Source of the DNA: Gordius albopunctatus
Taxonomy: Eukaryota
Length of the DNA: 64,000 bases
NCBI GenBank assembly: GCA_964276515.1
Contig: OZ193909.1
Span: forward strand, 16,988,001-17,052,000
Direction: 5' to 3'
Positions 26,101 through 38,289 of the stretch are shown one piece after another. Each line of letters opens with the position of its first letter. Within the stretch, counting starts at the first letter, position 1. Under the pieces are notes generated by a model. It worked only from the letters and a program-made list of their open reading frames with translations. It did no database searches and was not told where the DNA came from. The position numbers and the translations under genes are program-made.

Positions 26101-29100
26101 CAAAAATAAAATAATATTTTCTTAAGGGCGCCTTCGTTTCCTTTTACTTCAACGAATTCTGTTAAAGTAGCGACAAAAACGACAAGTTTAGTTAGCCTCA
26201 AGATTATATAATTTTTTGAAATAATGTCAGAAGTAGCCAGGGGTGGCAGGGCTTAAATTTTAACAAATTATCATTTTGCCCCTCGCTTATTTATTATTGG
26301 CCCCCTATGATTCAAATCCTGGCTACGTTCGTGGCTGTTGCCTCATTTTAAATCGCTCTCCCACTATACTATTAAATCCGAGCTTACCCCAAGAGAAGAT
26401 CCTGATAAGTCTTAATATGGGATTAAGCCTTTTTTACAGGATCGAATTTTTGGGCCGACAAACTAAATTGACAGTTGAACATTTATTAAAGGAGTAGATG
26501 TTGATAGATAGACCTGGCTTTCAGATAGTGTATTTTGGAAGGAGCTGTTTAATTAGTTTATCCCAAAGACTATATAAATTTTTTGTATATTTACTCAAAC
26601 ATTAGAAATGAATATAAACATTCACTTTTTGCAAATTTGCTAAACAAGTGATGTTGTTTTCAATCGCAAAAAACGATTTTTCATATTTCTCTCAAATTTT
26701 CTGCTAGAACGCATCACGGTTTGATAACTAAATTGCCTGCCAAGGCCAGCCAAAACTCTTTAATTACCCAATTAACTAATGCTGTCCCAACAGCCGGGCC
26801 CAAAATGACGATTTTAAATTTCAAGAATTAATTTTTTCTTATTTTTATAAATTTTTGATCTACCTGATTAGGTAATCGTTGGCATTTTGTTCAGCCCCTT
26901 TTGTGGACTTTGTTGCTTCAACTTTGCCTGCTGGAGATGTTATTTCCGATTCACCCAACGCCATTCCTATAGGATTTTGCAGCTCACATTGGTCTTTTTC
27001 TCCGTTATCGCGTTTTATTTTGGACATACCAGGTTTGGAGCCTAATTTCAAGGTTGGAGGGTAACGATTGGCCTACAATATTATGACATCGCATATTATA
27101 TTTGAAATGAATTAATAAATTATCGCGGGTTTGTTAATATTTTTAAGAAGATATATGGCGTTAATTAGGGTGTACTTCTTGTAAGTCAATTTCGTCACTC
27201 CTAAATGGGGTTATTATCATCTTCTTACAAATCGTATATCATATAAGAGTATTATAACCTTTACCTAAATATCCTCAATTCATTATGATGCCTCTAACAA
27301 TTATGTTATACATCAAGCAAGATAGTGTTGTAAGAACGGTGGGTTTTCGGCTAAATATAAAGAGACCTCCTTGGTCTATTTTTCTTGATCGACTTCTAAG
27401 CTTGGTCGGAATATGAAAAAGAGACCAGAGTTAAGAGTTAGTCTTAATTGAACTCCCAGCCGTTTTTACAACACTACATCAAGATTTGGCGACAGTCAAC
27501 ACCTTTTTCTAACACAAATCTTTTAATGTTTTTCGAAAAGAGAAAAAATATGAAACAATTATTTATGCCCAATAAAATACCAATTAAAAAAGGCGATATT
27601 ACCAAAGTTGTGCGTTTAGAATAATTAAAAAGTAATCAAATCAAGTTGAATAGGAAGGGACACGACTCTAAGATTTTTCTACAGGGGGTTGTCGGGGGTA
27701 AAACTGATATCGAAATCGGAGTACAAAGTTGTGTTGCAAACGGCTGAATGAATTTTGTTTGGGCGACGAGCCTTTGGTTGTAATTGACCAAACATAAAGA
27801 GGCCAAAGGTTCTGTGGTCGTCTATCGATAGACTAATAAAATCATAGACTGCCAACAGCTGATTAATAAAATCATAGACTGCCAACAGCTGATTTTTACT
27901 GTTAAAGTCATTCAGACATTATTATAACTGCCATTTCAAAGTAACATCTCAACCACGGGTTTATTTACACTCCTCAACCATATAATATTTAAGAATATAA
28001 ATAAGACTACTGTTAGCTTAATTTATAAATTTAAAAAAAATTAAAATCCAGCAATAAAATATGTTAACTTCTATTGTTTGGTTACAATTTCCCACGAAAT
28101 GGCGGTTTCTATACTTGCTGAAAAATTATCAGCTGTTGGGCAGTCTATGGTTTTATTAGTCTACGGGTCTATCTTCGTAGTCACTTAATCGAACTAAAGG
28201 TCTTTTGGTCAAACCTTTCGTCTGTTTTTAATCCACTAAGACAAGTCGAGCAAACAGAACCCAGCAGTTTTTACAACACTAGTATAAAGTAAAAATGCTT
28301 ATCGGCACATAGTTGTTACTTTATTGATAAGTTTTAGCTTAACATCCACCGGTGTTGCATGAAGTGGATAGCCCTGATCAACAGCCCTAATCGTGATTTG
28401 ATGATCGGATTTTTTAACATAATTAAGAGGCGAAGTTACGTAAATATCCCCCGTATCTTCATTCACTTCGAAGTATCCGGCACCTCCCTTCAAAAAATAT
28501 CTAACGAGTCCTCGTTTTCCATCTTCACTTGAATCTTTGTCTACTGCAGTAACCTGGTTGGTTTTGAATTCAAAGTTAGTTTGATAGTATCATTTGGTGA
28601 GACAATAAATTTGTTTTACACATGGGTGTATCCAGCGCCAGCAGGGAGGGGCGGCTACCCCTCTCTAAATCAAAATGTTTTTAAAATTTATTAAAATTAT
28701 GGCTAAAATTTTAATAAATTATTTTTTTGCCCTTCATTAAATCATTATTGTTCCCCTCTTATTCAATTCTGGCTAAGTCCATTGTTGTACATTCAAAAAA
28801 TTTTAAAATATAAACTAAGGAGTAGATATTCATAAATTGGGCAATGCTTTAAAATGTGTATAATTCAATAATTCTTAACTTGCGTGGATTTTGTTTTTGA
28901 ATGCGTTTAATTTTCTTATAATATATATTTGTGATCACTTATATAGCATTTATAACCGCTCCGAAAAAAAATCATCAGAAATTTAGTGTGGTTATTAAAT
29001 TTATCATTATTACATAGTTTTATAAGTTTAATAATTAATTTATAATAATTTATTTAAAATATAAATTTTGGCCAAATTTTAGGACTCATAATAAACTTAA

Positions 29101-30228
29101 GTACCTTTAAAACGGATGTTCCTACAGCTACATCACTCGCCAAATCATCTAACGCATAATTCGGTTTTTCAAACACAGGCGCATTATCATTCGCATCCAA
29201 TACTTTTACCTTAAGAAAATATTTATCGTAAAATTTTATATAAATTTCTTTCATCTTCACAAAATAAGTATTTCATAAAAAAATAATAAATGATTATTAT
29301 TTTAAGTTAAATGTTTTGGAATAAAATAATAAAATTCTTATAAATATTTACAACGACGTCACTGGGAGAAGATTCTTCCCGTGAAGTTTTGACCATAACT
29401 TGAAAATTGTAAACTGATTTCGCTTCTCTGTCCAATCCGTTAATGGTGCAAATATCACCGCTCTGTTTAATTTCAAAATCGGGCGGCGCGCTTATTAGCT
29501 TATATTTGACGGGGCTTAGGAATGCATCGAAACCGGTGACCTGACCACGTGTATACCACAGTTACAAGACTTGCAAAATGTTAAAAATAATTTTAATCCA
29601 AGTTTTTCTAGACTTAAACACTAATAAAAAGCCGATTTATTCGCTTAAAATTATAATATGACATATTTTCCAAAATTGCTTTGTTTAATATTGGTGATTG
29701 CTTTATTTTTGGAGTAGTTTGGTGAAAAAATATCATCAGGGAGGTAGAAACCATATGGGTACTACAGTTTTTAAGAAGCAATCTTTAAAGTCTTAACATT
29801 TAGTGGATCCTACTACTAATAATAATATAATGTTAAAACCTTGCTATAATGTTGAAAGTAAAACCGCACAATTTGAGGCCTTTTTTAATGAAGTATGTTA
29901 GAGGAATTCATTAAATTATAAATTTATGATTTGGAACGGGGACCTGATCACAGACCATTAAACTTATAAAAACACTTTCATTGCTTCCAAACTTTTGCAA
30001 TGATGATAAATGTTTTTAAGGGGAGATTAGGTATTTAAACAAAATTAATGTGTAAACCTGTAGAAAACAAATTTTCTCGTTTTCAAAAACACTGGCTGTG
30101 TAAGATTTCAGTCCCAAGATGGGAACCGTGTGCCTGTAAATGGCGCCGGCTATTGGATGCTTTAGTGCGATATTACCCGATAAGAAGCAAAGGAATATTA
30201 ATAGGGATGAAATGGCTTGGTGCCCCAT
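20143..30228 (-). CDS. Atypical cadherin-domain membrane protein (~769 aa): signal peptide, 4 EC repeats, TM helix, Tyr-rich acidic repeat tail
   Basis: Eleven phase-compatible GT-AG exons: 30228-30058, 29540-29352, 29209-29105, 28553-28320, 27072-26864, 24995-24692, 24141-23805, 23014-22862, 22710-22463, 21580-21539, 20460-20143. Motifs GLDRE, VLDANDNAPVF, AVDKD, DTGDIYV..PLNY, AVDQGYP, LQEDAKVGTVV..AKDPD, VSDMGKNP, VSDMGTPP. TM LIALIGVIVVVVFLLSIVGFMGYAY. Confidence 0.88.
20541..20742. mobile_element. hAT-type MITE, family D (tagtgttg...caacacta)
   Basis: TIR tagtgttgcaa / ttgcaacacaa; 8-bp TSD atgtaaaa. Related copies at ~19417, 27322-27476, 27730-28281 and 58689. Confidence 0.8.
25050..25420 (+). 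mobile_element. 3' end of an RTE LINE in cadherin intron 5
   Basis: MEMRMLRWVLGVSKKEHKRNEETRRILG..RLRWYGHVERR..RRGRP, ending in a gaagaagattatgatga tail. Confidence 0.85.
27829..28163. mobile_element. MITE family E nested in a family-D element
   Basis: Inverted termini tagactaataaaatcatagactgcc / ggcagtctatggttttattagtcta, with a ~30-bp internal tandem duplication at the left end. Confidence 0.7.
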
Positions 30229-31657
30229 TTTATATCGCCACATATGCTTTAGAAGGTAGGTTAAATCATTAGTCGTGAACATTATTTGATATATTAAATA
30301 TAATACATTAATGACGTGCGAAATCGCAATAATCAAATGCAACAATCGTAATGTTAGGCAATGATATAATAGAATTTGTTTGCAATAATGGCGTAATGTC
30401 GGATTGATAAAATGAGAGGGTGCAAATGGGTTCAGACATTTCGGTCGTCCAGCAACCATTGTCGATAATTAAAAAAAAAGAGAGGTAAGGAGGTAAATTA
30501 TGAACGAATGCCGATGTTAAATTAAAAAAGATAAGGGAAATTATAAATTTTAAATTAGAGAGACTAATTTGAATAAATTATCCCTACCTCTTCTACGATG
30601 TGACTTGAAAATAAAAAGAGACATCATACAACGTTTGTCGCTAATTCAAAATGTGTCCTCCTATGTGGCATACAATTCAGAGTTATTCATATTTGATTCG
30701 CGGTTACCACCCGTCGTATATCGGGCCACCTTTATCCCGAACTATTTGCAATCTTTATTTCAACAATATATTATACCCTATTTCATACTTTATTAAATCA
30801 AGAAATATATTATAAATTACATTTTCTCATACCTATATATACATCAATTGGTGATGATTAAAAAATAATTCATCATAAAATATTAGTCCGTCTTTAGTCA
30901 AGACAAACAAACTGGAAGGTTTACCCACGCGAGAACATTCCACGTAAGCTGTCCGTGAGAAAAGCATGGTGTGTCAAAATCTAAGCTACAAATAGACATC
31001 GTTTAACCTTGCGCCTTATTGATTGTCAATGCGGATGCCAATCTAATTGGGAATTTAATGCGTTTGAGTGGAATCATAGGGATTCGTGGCAGCAGCAACA
31101 CAGGCCCCCTGGCCCTTCAAGCAATTTTTTTAAATTTTTTGTAATTAAGAAACAATATCATAATTATTTGTTTCTGAATAAAACTTTTAATTCTGTACTT
31201 AATAATGTCCGAAGAACTGAGATATATCAACATTTATTGGCACTTTGTTAAAAGTATTATCATTTTTCTCCCTATTTAACGTGCAAAAATGATAAAATGA
31301 GAATTTTTAATTTATTTAGCCAGGCAAGAGGGGACACGACCGTCCTATAATAATAATTGACGTAAAAAATAAGCAAAAAAATGACTTTGATTTAATGTTT
31401 CAAATCGTAAAAAGTTTCGATTTTCCGCAGCATATGCCTACATTTATCACACTACACTACCTAACCTACACGCATGACGGTTTAAAAAATACAATAAGTG
31501 ATGATACACTTTTACTAAAGAACTGTATATTCAAATTTTCAAAGAACACGATAGATACGCAGTACGTCATGAGGTTGTGTTTGATTGGTTATTGAAGTAA
31601 AAATAAAGTTTGATAATTTTTAAACAAATATTTAGAGAGGGTCCAATGACCAAGCCC

Positions 31658-31857
31658 TAGAGTTGTTAAATTGCAACTTTCTTCAAACTCCAGACGCGAG
31701 CACGCACACTGAGTTATTAATATGCGCGTTAGCACAATATATGCTCGCTTTTGGTGCACTAGGCAGAGCAGTAGCATATAAAAATGCTCGAGGGCCGAGC
31801 AGAAACTCGAGCATATGGTAGCTGGAGTTGATGAAAGTTAGCAATATAACAACTCTA
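31658..31857. mobile_element. hAT-type MITE, family B (opposite orientation)
   Basis: Same TIR as 11230; perfect TSD ccaagccc. Confidence 0.92.
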
Positions 31858-32524
31858 CCAAGCCCACCCAAGAGAGAAAACCTGATTATTTATATTTTTG
31901 CATTTTGCAGTATCACTGTATGACGTCATAAAGTTGCGTATGATTGACATTTTATTAAGTGATTGCCGCATTTTACAGTATACCGTAATTGCAGAATGAT
32001 GCTTATTATAATATACCACAACAAATATTTAATTTTTTTATCAATATGGTAAACAATATGTATGTGTAAAAATGTAAATAAAAATATTGTAAAAATAAGA
32101 AATAAGTAATTTCCGGTCAGTCGAGGTCGATATTATACCAATATTTATGTGCTAAAAAGAATTTAATAAATTTATAGATTCAAAAATTTCCTTTTAATAT
32201 TTACTGAGATTTGGGTGAAAAAAGAAAAATCAGTAGCGACGAACTGGCATTTATATATATTTTAACAACGTACATAAATGACTAAATTTGGATTTACAAA
32301 TCATATTACATTAATCATAACACTAATAAGTACTAGAAATTAGATAATAAATTGCGTTTTTTTTTATAATAATCAGAAGATAATAATAACCCCTTTCAGG
32401 AGTGCCGCAATTAAATTAAAAGTTTTCTTATAATTAGCGCCATCTATAGGCAATTTTAATCAGAGACTAATTTGAAATATGTATATCCCTATCTTTTTTA
32501 GCATGTGACTCGAAAATGTAAACA

Positions 32525-32570
32525 GACCTATAACGTTTTCTTCGCTCTTATTAGAGCTCATCAGTATGCC
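32525..32570 (-). ncRNA. Type I hammerhead ribozyme motif (probably decayed), Penelope/retrozyme-like
   Basis: Minus strand: GGCATA-CTGATGA-GCTCT-AATA-AGAGC-GAA(GAA)-AACGTT-A-TAGGTC. Core CUGAUGA, perfect 5-bp stem II, palindromic stem III AACGTT. The partial copy at ~59916-59941 shows the unmutated GAAAACGTTA-TATGTC. Confidence 0.65.
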
Positions 32571-33206
32571 ATAGTTAATTTTCTAGTCACATAGTAAGCG
32601 AGATAGGTGTTATATATAATGCACAAATTAGATTTAATCCATTCTTATGGTGGCTAAGAAATAACCCTCATAATTATTGTAGTAATAATTATTTTGTTTT
32701 ATTATATAGTTCAAATTAGATAATAAATTGCAGTTTTTTTTATAATAATCAGAAGATAATAATAACCTTTTAATTTAATTGCGGCACTCCTGAAAGGGGT
32801 TATTATTATTTTCTGATCACGAATAAGTACGCTTTAACGAAAACAAAAAGTAATATGAGTTGGTAAAATTGTTGAAGACGTCAATAACAATTATATACAA
32901 AATCTGGATTTTGCCCTTAATAATATATATACAATATTTTAATTTTTAGGCAGATATAGAAATTAAAATACAACAATAGTTAAATTTAACAATATGCTAA
33001 AATTAAATTTATTCCGCCCTCTTCGTTTATTTTTTTGGGGGGGGGGGCTCTAATATTTGGTGCTGATATTTGTGTGATCCTTCCTTACTAGTAACGATGC
33101 ATCCTAATGCTATTTATTATATACATCTCCAAAAAGGTCACTAAAATTTAGAAAAATTTTGCTTGAACATCATCTTAAAACTTATGATTTCAATCATGGC
33201 CGTAGC

Positions 33207-33409
33207 TAGAGTTGTTAAATTGCTAACTTTCTTCAACTCCAGCTACCATCTGCTCGAGGTTCTGCTCGGCCCTCGAGCATTTTTATATGCTACTGCTCTG
33301 CTTAGTGCACCGAACAGCGAGCACACATTGTGCTAACGCGCATGTTAAGCAACTCAGTGTGCGTGCTCGCGTCTGGAGTTTGAAGCAAGTTAGCAATTTA
33401 ACAACTCTA
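33207..33409. mobile_element. hAT-type MITE family B inserted into the TIR of a family-A MITE (33195-33580)
   Basis: Perfect TSD gccgtagc, which is part of the host element's catggccgtagcc terminus. Confidence 0.92.
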
Positions 33410-33689
33410 GCCGTAGCCAACATTGAATTAAGGGGGGTGGTGGCAATAATGATCTAGGGAGGGGCAAAATCATGATAATTTTTTGACATATTGGCCATAA
33501 TTTTAATAAATTTAAAAAAAAATTGGATTTAGAGGGGGGACAGGCGCCCCTTCCTGCCTCCTGTCTTGGCGACGCCCCCGGACTTAGCCAAAATAATAGT
33601 GGGTTGGGATGTAAAAAGTGCTACATTGTAAAATTTAACACAAATTCCATTAATAGATACAAGAATTTTTAGGACGTCTGCCTCCGTTC

Positions 33690-36215
33690 CAAGATTGGCA
33701 AACAGGCCTTAGCCTTTTTGAAAGAGGTAGGAAGACGTTCTTCCCCGTCTAAACATTCGGTATCCTTTTTACTTAAACAACGACTTGGTATTCTTATAGC
33801 CAAGTACAATTTTAAATCGTTCGCGGATTCTTGGCCAATTTTGGAAGATCCCCTCGATGATGATATATTAGAATAGTGTATTATTTTATTTGACGCATTT
33901 TGTCTTTTATATTTTATGTATTTATATTATATTACTGTCAACAAATTTTTAAAAGCGCGGCTATCATTTACTCACCACTATTTCCAAAATTCGGTTAAAT
34001 AAATTCATTAATTAGAAACCGCACATACTGTCATTAATTGCTATTTTTTGTAATACTAATTAATATTAAAAAATATCTAAAGCGTCCAATATAATTGCTA
34101 CACTTTAAATACTAAACAAACTTTGCTTGATTAAAAAGAATTCCCTACTTCATCTTAAAACAACTTTTATCGAGTAGTTTGATTGTATTTCGTAATTTAA
34201 GCCATCGTAAATTAATTAATTTGATTCCTAATAGCAAAATTGACCAAAAATAAAGGGGAAAATTGTAAGTTGAAGAATGTACATCCTATTACAGTGTGAT
34301 TAAATTAAATTCTCCTACTAATTTGATAACATTTTTAGGTTGATATGGCTAGATCCTGCAAGGAACAAATAGAATTCGTTCGTTTAGTTAAAAATAGCAC
34401 ATAATTATTCAAATTTTATTTATTTTTCATTTAGTCATTTATACACATAGATTCCTTTAAAAAAAGTGATGCCAATTTTGGCCGCCATCTTGAACTAATA
34501 TTTGTTTATAGCTGCACAGTGTGTCATTGTAGCTGCCCAATATGTCATTGTTTCCCAAGTTTGTTTGTTTTCCTATGAATATAAAATATAATTATATATA
34601 GCATCTAAATAATTTACCTGTTACGGTTGTTAGTTATTTGAAGGTGGCTACCTTTTTTGCCTTCAGATTTTTCATATGTATGCATGCTCAATGAGCAGTC
34701 TATTTAGTCTATGTTCATACCAGAATTTATATGAGATCCACGAGGGGTAAAATGGTTAGGAGTTGTTCTATGCCTGCCACCACCATGTAAATGTGACATT
34801 TCATACTTTCGCCCCGATGCACAGCAAATTCTTGAGGCGCAGCTGCAGCCGGAGCTGCTGCATGCTCTGCATCTACTTGTTCAAGCTCGTGTCAACTCGA
34901 GTGATCAACTATCCCTGTCCCAAATCCATCACCCAAAACATTTATCGAAGTTCTAAGACGATCCCTGTATTAATGTTCCATGTAATATCTCGGGCGATGT
35001 GGAAAAAAGCAAAGGCAATCAGCGGTAATTAGTTAGTCTATAAGTCTTTTACAAGCATAAGGTCACAACAGCCATTTAAAACCCGTGTACGTTTCCCCGG
35101 CTTTTATTGAAAAATTACGAGTTGGACAGAACCGACGGACAACCAAAATCGAGTCTCTAAATTGTATAGCAATTAAAACTACGGAAATGTATATTATGGT
35201 ATATAATAGATGCCATAAAATTGTCCACTCAACTGTCAATCTAGATTTGAGTTAAGCATAAAACTAAAATTTGAAGGCTCTGTTCGAATGTATATAATAT
35301 TAATATATGGAAGGAGCGATTATAATAAATTGCATAACTAAATATCTAATTCATTTACTCCGAGGCAAAAAGGAGCCAAGTTCAAAAGTCTAGCATTTGC
35401 TAAAAGTAGGAGCTTCTGCCTCATTTTTTAAACGCGACTCTACTTTGAGACTTTACTTGGGAATTATGCTTGCCCATCAATTTAATAATACATATTATGT
35501 GATCTAAAACTTGTGAAATATAAGTTTCAGTGGTGATCTTTTAATAGTGTTGTATAAAGTTAATATATAGTTTATGGTAGATATTTGTACTGATTAGCTT
35601 TCAAAAAATTAAAAAACCTTTATCTGATTTATTATCGCGGCCTATTCTTTTAAAATATAGTTGTTTATTTCCAAATAATTGTGTATTATACATCCTAAAA
35701 TATATTAAAATAATGAGCCGGCATAGAGCCATATTGGAAATTTTTGTTTATTTTCAACATTAAATATGCTTATTTCGACTTTTAGCTTTTATCATATTTA
35801 TACTATTAATTTTACAAGAGCCAATTGAGAGCCACTGTCAAGCTAGTATCTTTGGTGGGCAAAACAACTGAGGTCAAGACCAAAAGTCTAGTCCCCAAAC
35901 CCCTAGCTCCTCCTATACTTGCGATTGTAGCTGCCAAACTATAAATAAAAAATATAAAAATAAATGAAAAATATTTAGATGAATAGAAAACTTTAAATAA
36001 TTAAATTTGAAGGTTAAACTACCTAACAGTAATGATTTGTCCGGGATTCACCCTGATCCTATTGATTTGAGCGATAAAAAGAGCAGCTACGGCTTCGTAC
36101 ATAGCAGTTCCATCCAAATCGTTGCCCCGACTGGTAATACAAACGGGTTACTCTCTTGACTATTTTTTTTATATTCCAAGCATTTAACACTTCGTAGGTC
36201 GGGTGGGGTAATGAT
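33690..36215 (-). pseudogene. SLC1/EAAT-family glutamate transporter pseudogene, 3' half with introns retained
   Basis: Exon ~36215-36023: KCLE..KRVT(R)FVLPVGATI(NM)[25 protein letters not shown], with 1-nt and 4-nt deletions. Exon 35938-35816: LAATIASIGGA-RGLGTRLLVLTSVVLPTKDTSLTVALNWLL. Exon from 34964: [30 protein letters not shown]. The last exon at ~33855-33690 is tentative. Confidence 0.9.
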
Positions 36216-36399
36216 GACCCCAAGCCGTTTAAAAATGATGTACAAAATAAATAAGTGAATATTACAATTTCAATTTTTGAGAAGCTCAACAAAATTTACC
36301 TTGGAATATCTCTTCCAAATTTGGCTAATTTTAATCTAATGATTTTTAAGATAGAGAGTGTTTTAGATGACCGTGGTCTTCAGCGACGCCACCTTCCAT

Positions 36400-36716
36400 A
36401 ATGTGAACAAAGAAAATTTTTCAACATTTTTTTCGAAATATATTATTAAAACCCATTATCGTAAACCCATTTGGGAAGAAATATTTTGTATACATTTCTT
36501 TTTATTGAAAATATTCAAACTTTACAAGATGAAATATAGAAAATTACCCGTTAACCCCAAAGCCACTATGATGGGAACCCAAATACGGTAGCAGTCGTGA
36601 GGTTTTGGAGTCAAATCAGGCACCATGGTACCATTTAGAAACCAGTAATGGACACCATCTTGTTACAGCAAAGTATCTCGAGATACATTAAAATTCGGAT
36701 AAACTTTGTATGGCAT
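36400..36716 (-). pseudogene. N-terminal fragment of a GPCR-like gene with stops
   Basis: MPYKVYPNFNVSRDTLL*QDGVHYWFLNGTMVPDLTPKPHDCYRIWVPIIVALGLTGNFLYFIL*SLNIF: two N-glycosylation sequons, then a TM1-like helix with GxxGN. Confidence 0.55.
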
Positions 36717-38289
36717 AGCGATTCTATGTGTCCGGGATTACTAAGAAATCATTTTGTAATCAAATAGGATAGAATGTGTGCCGATTCTAGAATTAGAAGA
36801 TATTTATCAATATCGATAAATGACTTACCCTTGGTTTGCCAATTAATATTGAATTTAATGCTCTTTTGTATCGTCAATTGAAATGTTAGCCGTTTAAGTA
36901 ACTACCGCTGCCAGTATGAGGCTTCAATTAAAAGCATAATTATTGTAATGGCCATAAAAAATAACCCTTTCTTAAGAAATTATCTGCAAATGCCCGTCCC
37001 AAATGAATGAACTTGTTAGTGTCAATATATCTTTATAAAAAAAATTGAAATTTAAACAATTAATGAATTATGTATTTATAATAAATACATGGTTTCCCTA
37101 CTTTTGAGTGATTGCAATGTATTTAAAATTTTGTAAGGATTCGCCAAAGTATAAAGAATAATATTCCTCTTTCTTAAATTACATACTTACAGCATCCAAT
37201 CCTATTTTCATTATATTATAATAAAATTATATTTTATGGCATAAATTTGTATTAGTTGTATTAAAATCAGATATAATAGTTGAATCTCTTTGAAAAAATA
37301 TTTAAGACATCTATAAAATTTAAATAAGACAAAGTCTCTCGTAATATATTGCATATTAATTGCTCTGCAAATCATGGTTCTAAATGACTTTATTATGCGT
37401 TCAATTATCAGATGTTTAACTTGTTCCAAAAAAATTTGAAAATCTTTTCTTAATGACACGAAATAGATTGCATTAAGAAATAATGATATCACAAACAATT
37501 TAAAATCTTGCAATTTTTACGATGTCCTGATATTGTGATATATGGATAGTAAATGAAAGATGGTAATATACCTAAATACGAATCTTTACATAATAATAAA
37601 ACAACCGTTTTTCTAACAACTTTGTAGTTTATAAGATAAATCTGTTATAGAGCACATAAATTAGGAGTAAACGCATCCGAGTTTTAACGGAATATTATAA
37701 ATAATTTGTAATTTCTATATTATATAACTAAAGTAATGCAGCAATATATAAGCTAGCTTAAATAAATTTGGGTTATTAATGGTGTAATTGGTGTGTTTCG
37801 ATCCGCTTGAGACCATTTTCGAGGAAAAAAGGGTGTTTTAATCTTAAAGCATAATGAGGATAACCTGGTAACTACAATTGTTGATAAAAGTGAGAATATT
37901 AAGTAAAAATGATGACGGAGCAATATAAAAAGTTCACAAAACACTACTCAAAATAGCGAGTAGAGATGGATTTTTCCGGAAATTTTATTTAAGTTTTAAA
38001 AGTTGTGGAAAGTTGACGAATGGGGTAAAGTATACCCCACGAATATTCTCGCGTTCGGAATTTATGCAGCTCTACAAACAATTTATATACCAAAATCTTT
38101 CACTGGTAAACGTAACAAAGCGCAATGTAGCAATAACTAATTGAATCTCGACTTAATAAGTGTTGATAGTTTAGAATATTAAGGCTTACACATTTTTTTC
38201 CTTTGCTCTTGATTTTCCATGCATCGCAACAAATTAAATCAGTAAAAAACAATTTCGCGCGCAAATTTAAAAAAATTTAGTATTAAATC

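Noticed and set aside
30229..30459. N-terminal extension of the 147-aa ORF
   Set aside because: The signal-peptide-like stretch starts at MGHQ (30228) or MWRYK just upstream. The earlier part looks like an AT-rich chance open frame.
34898..34904. In-frame TGA as selenocysteine or readthrough in the EAAT exon (and in the Helitron at 591)
   Set aside because: Both sequences also carry frameshifts and deletions; simple nonsense decay is sufficient.
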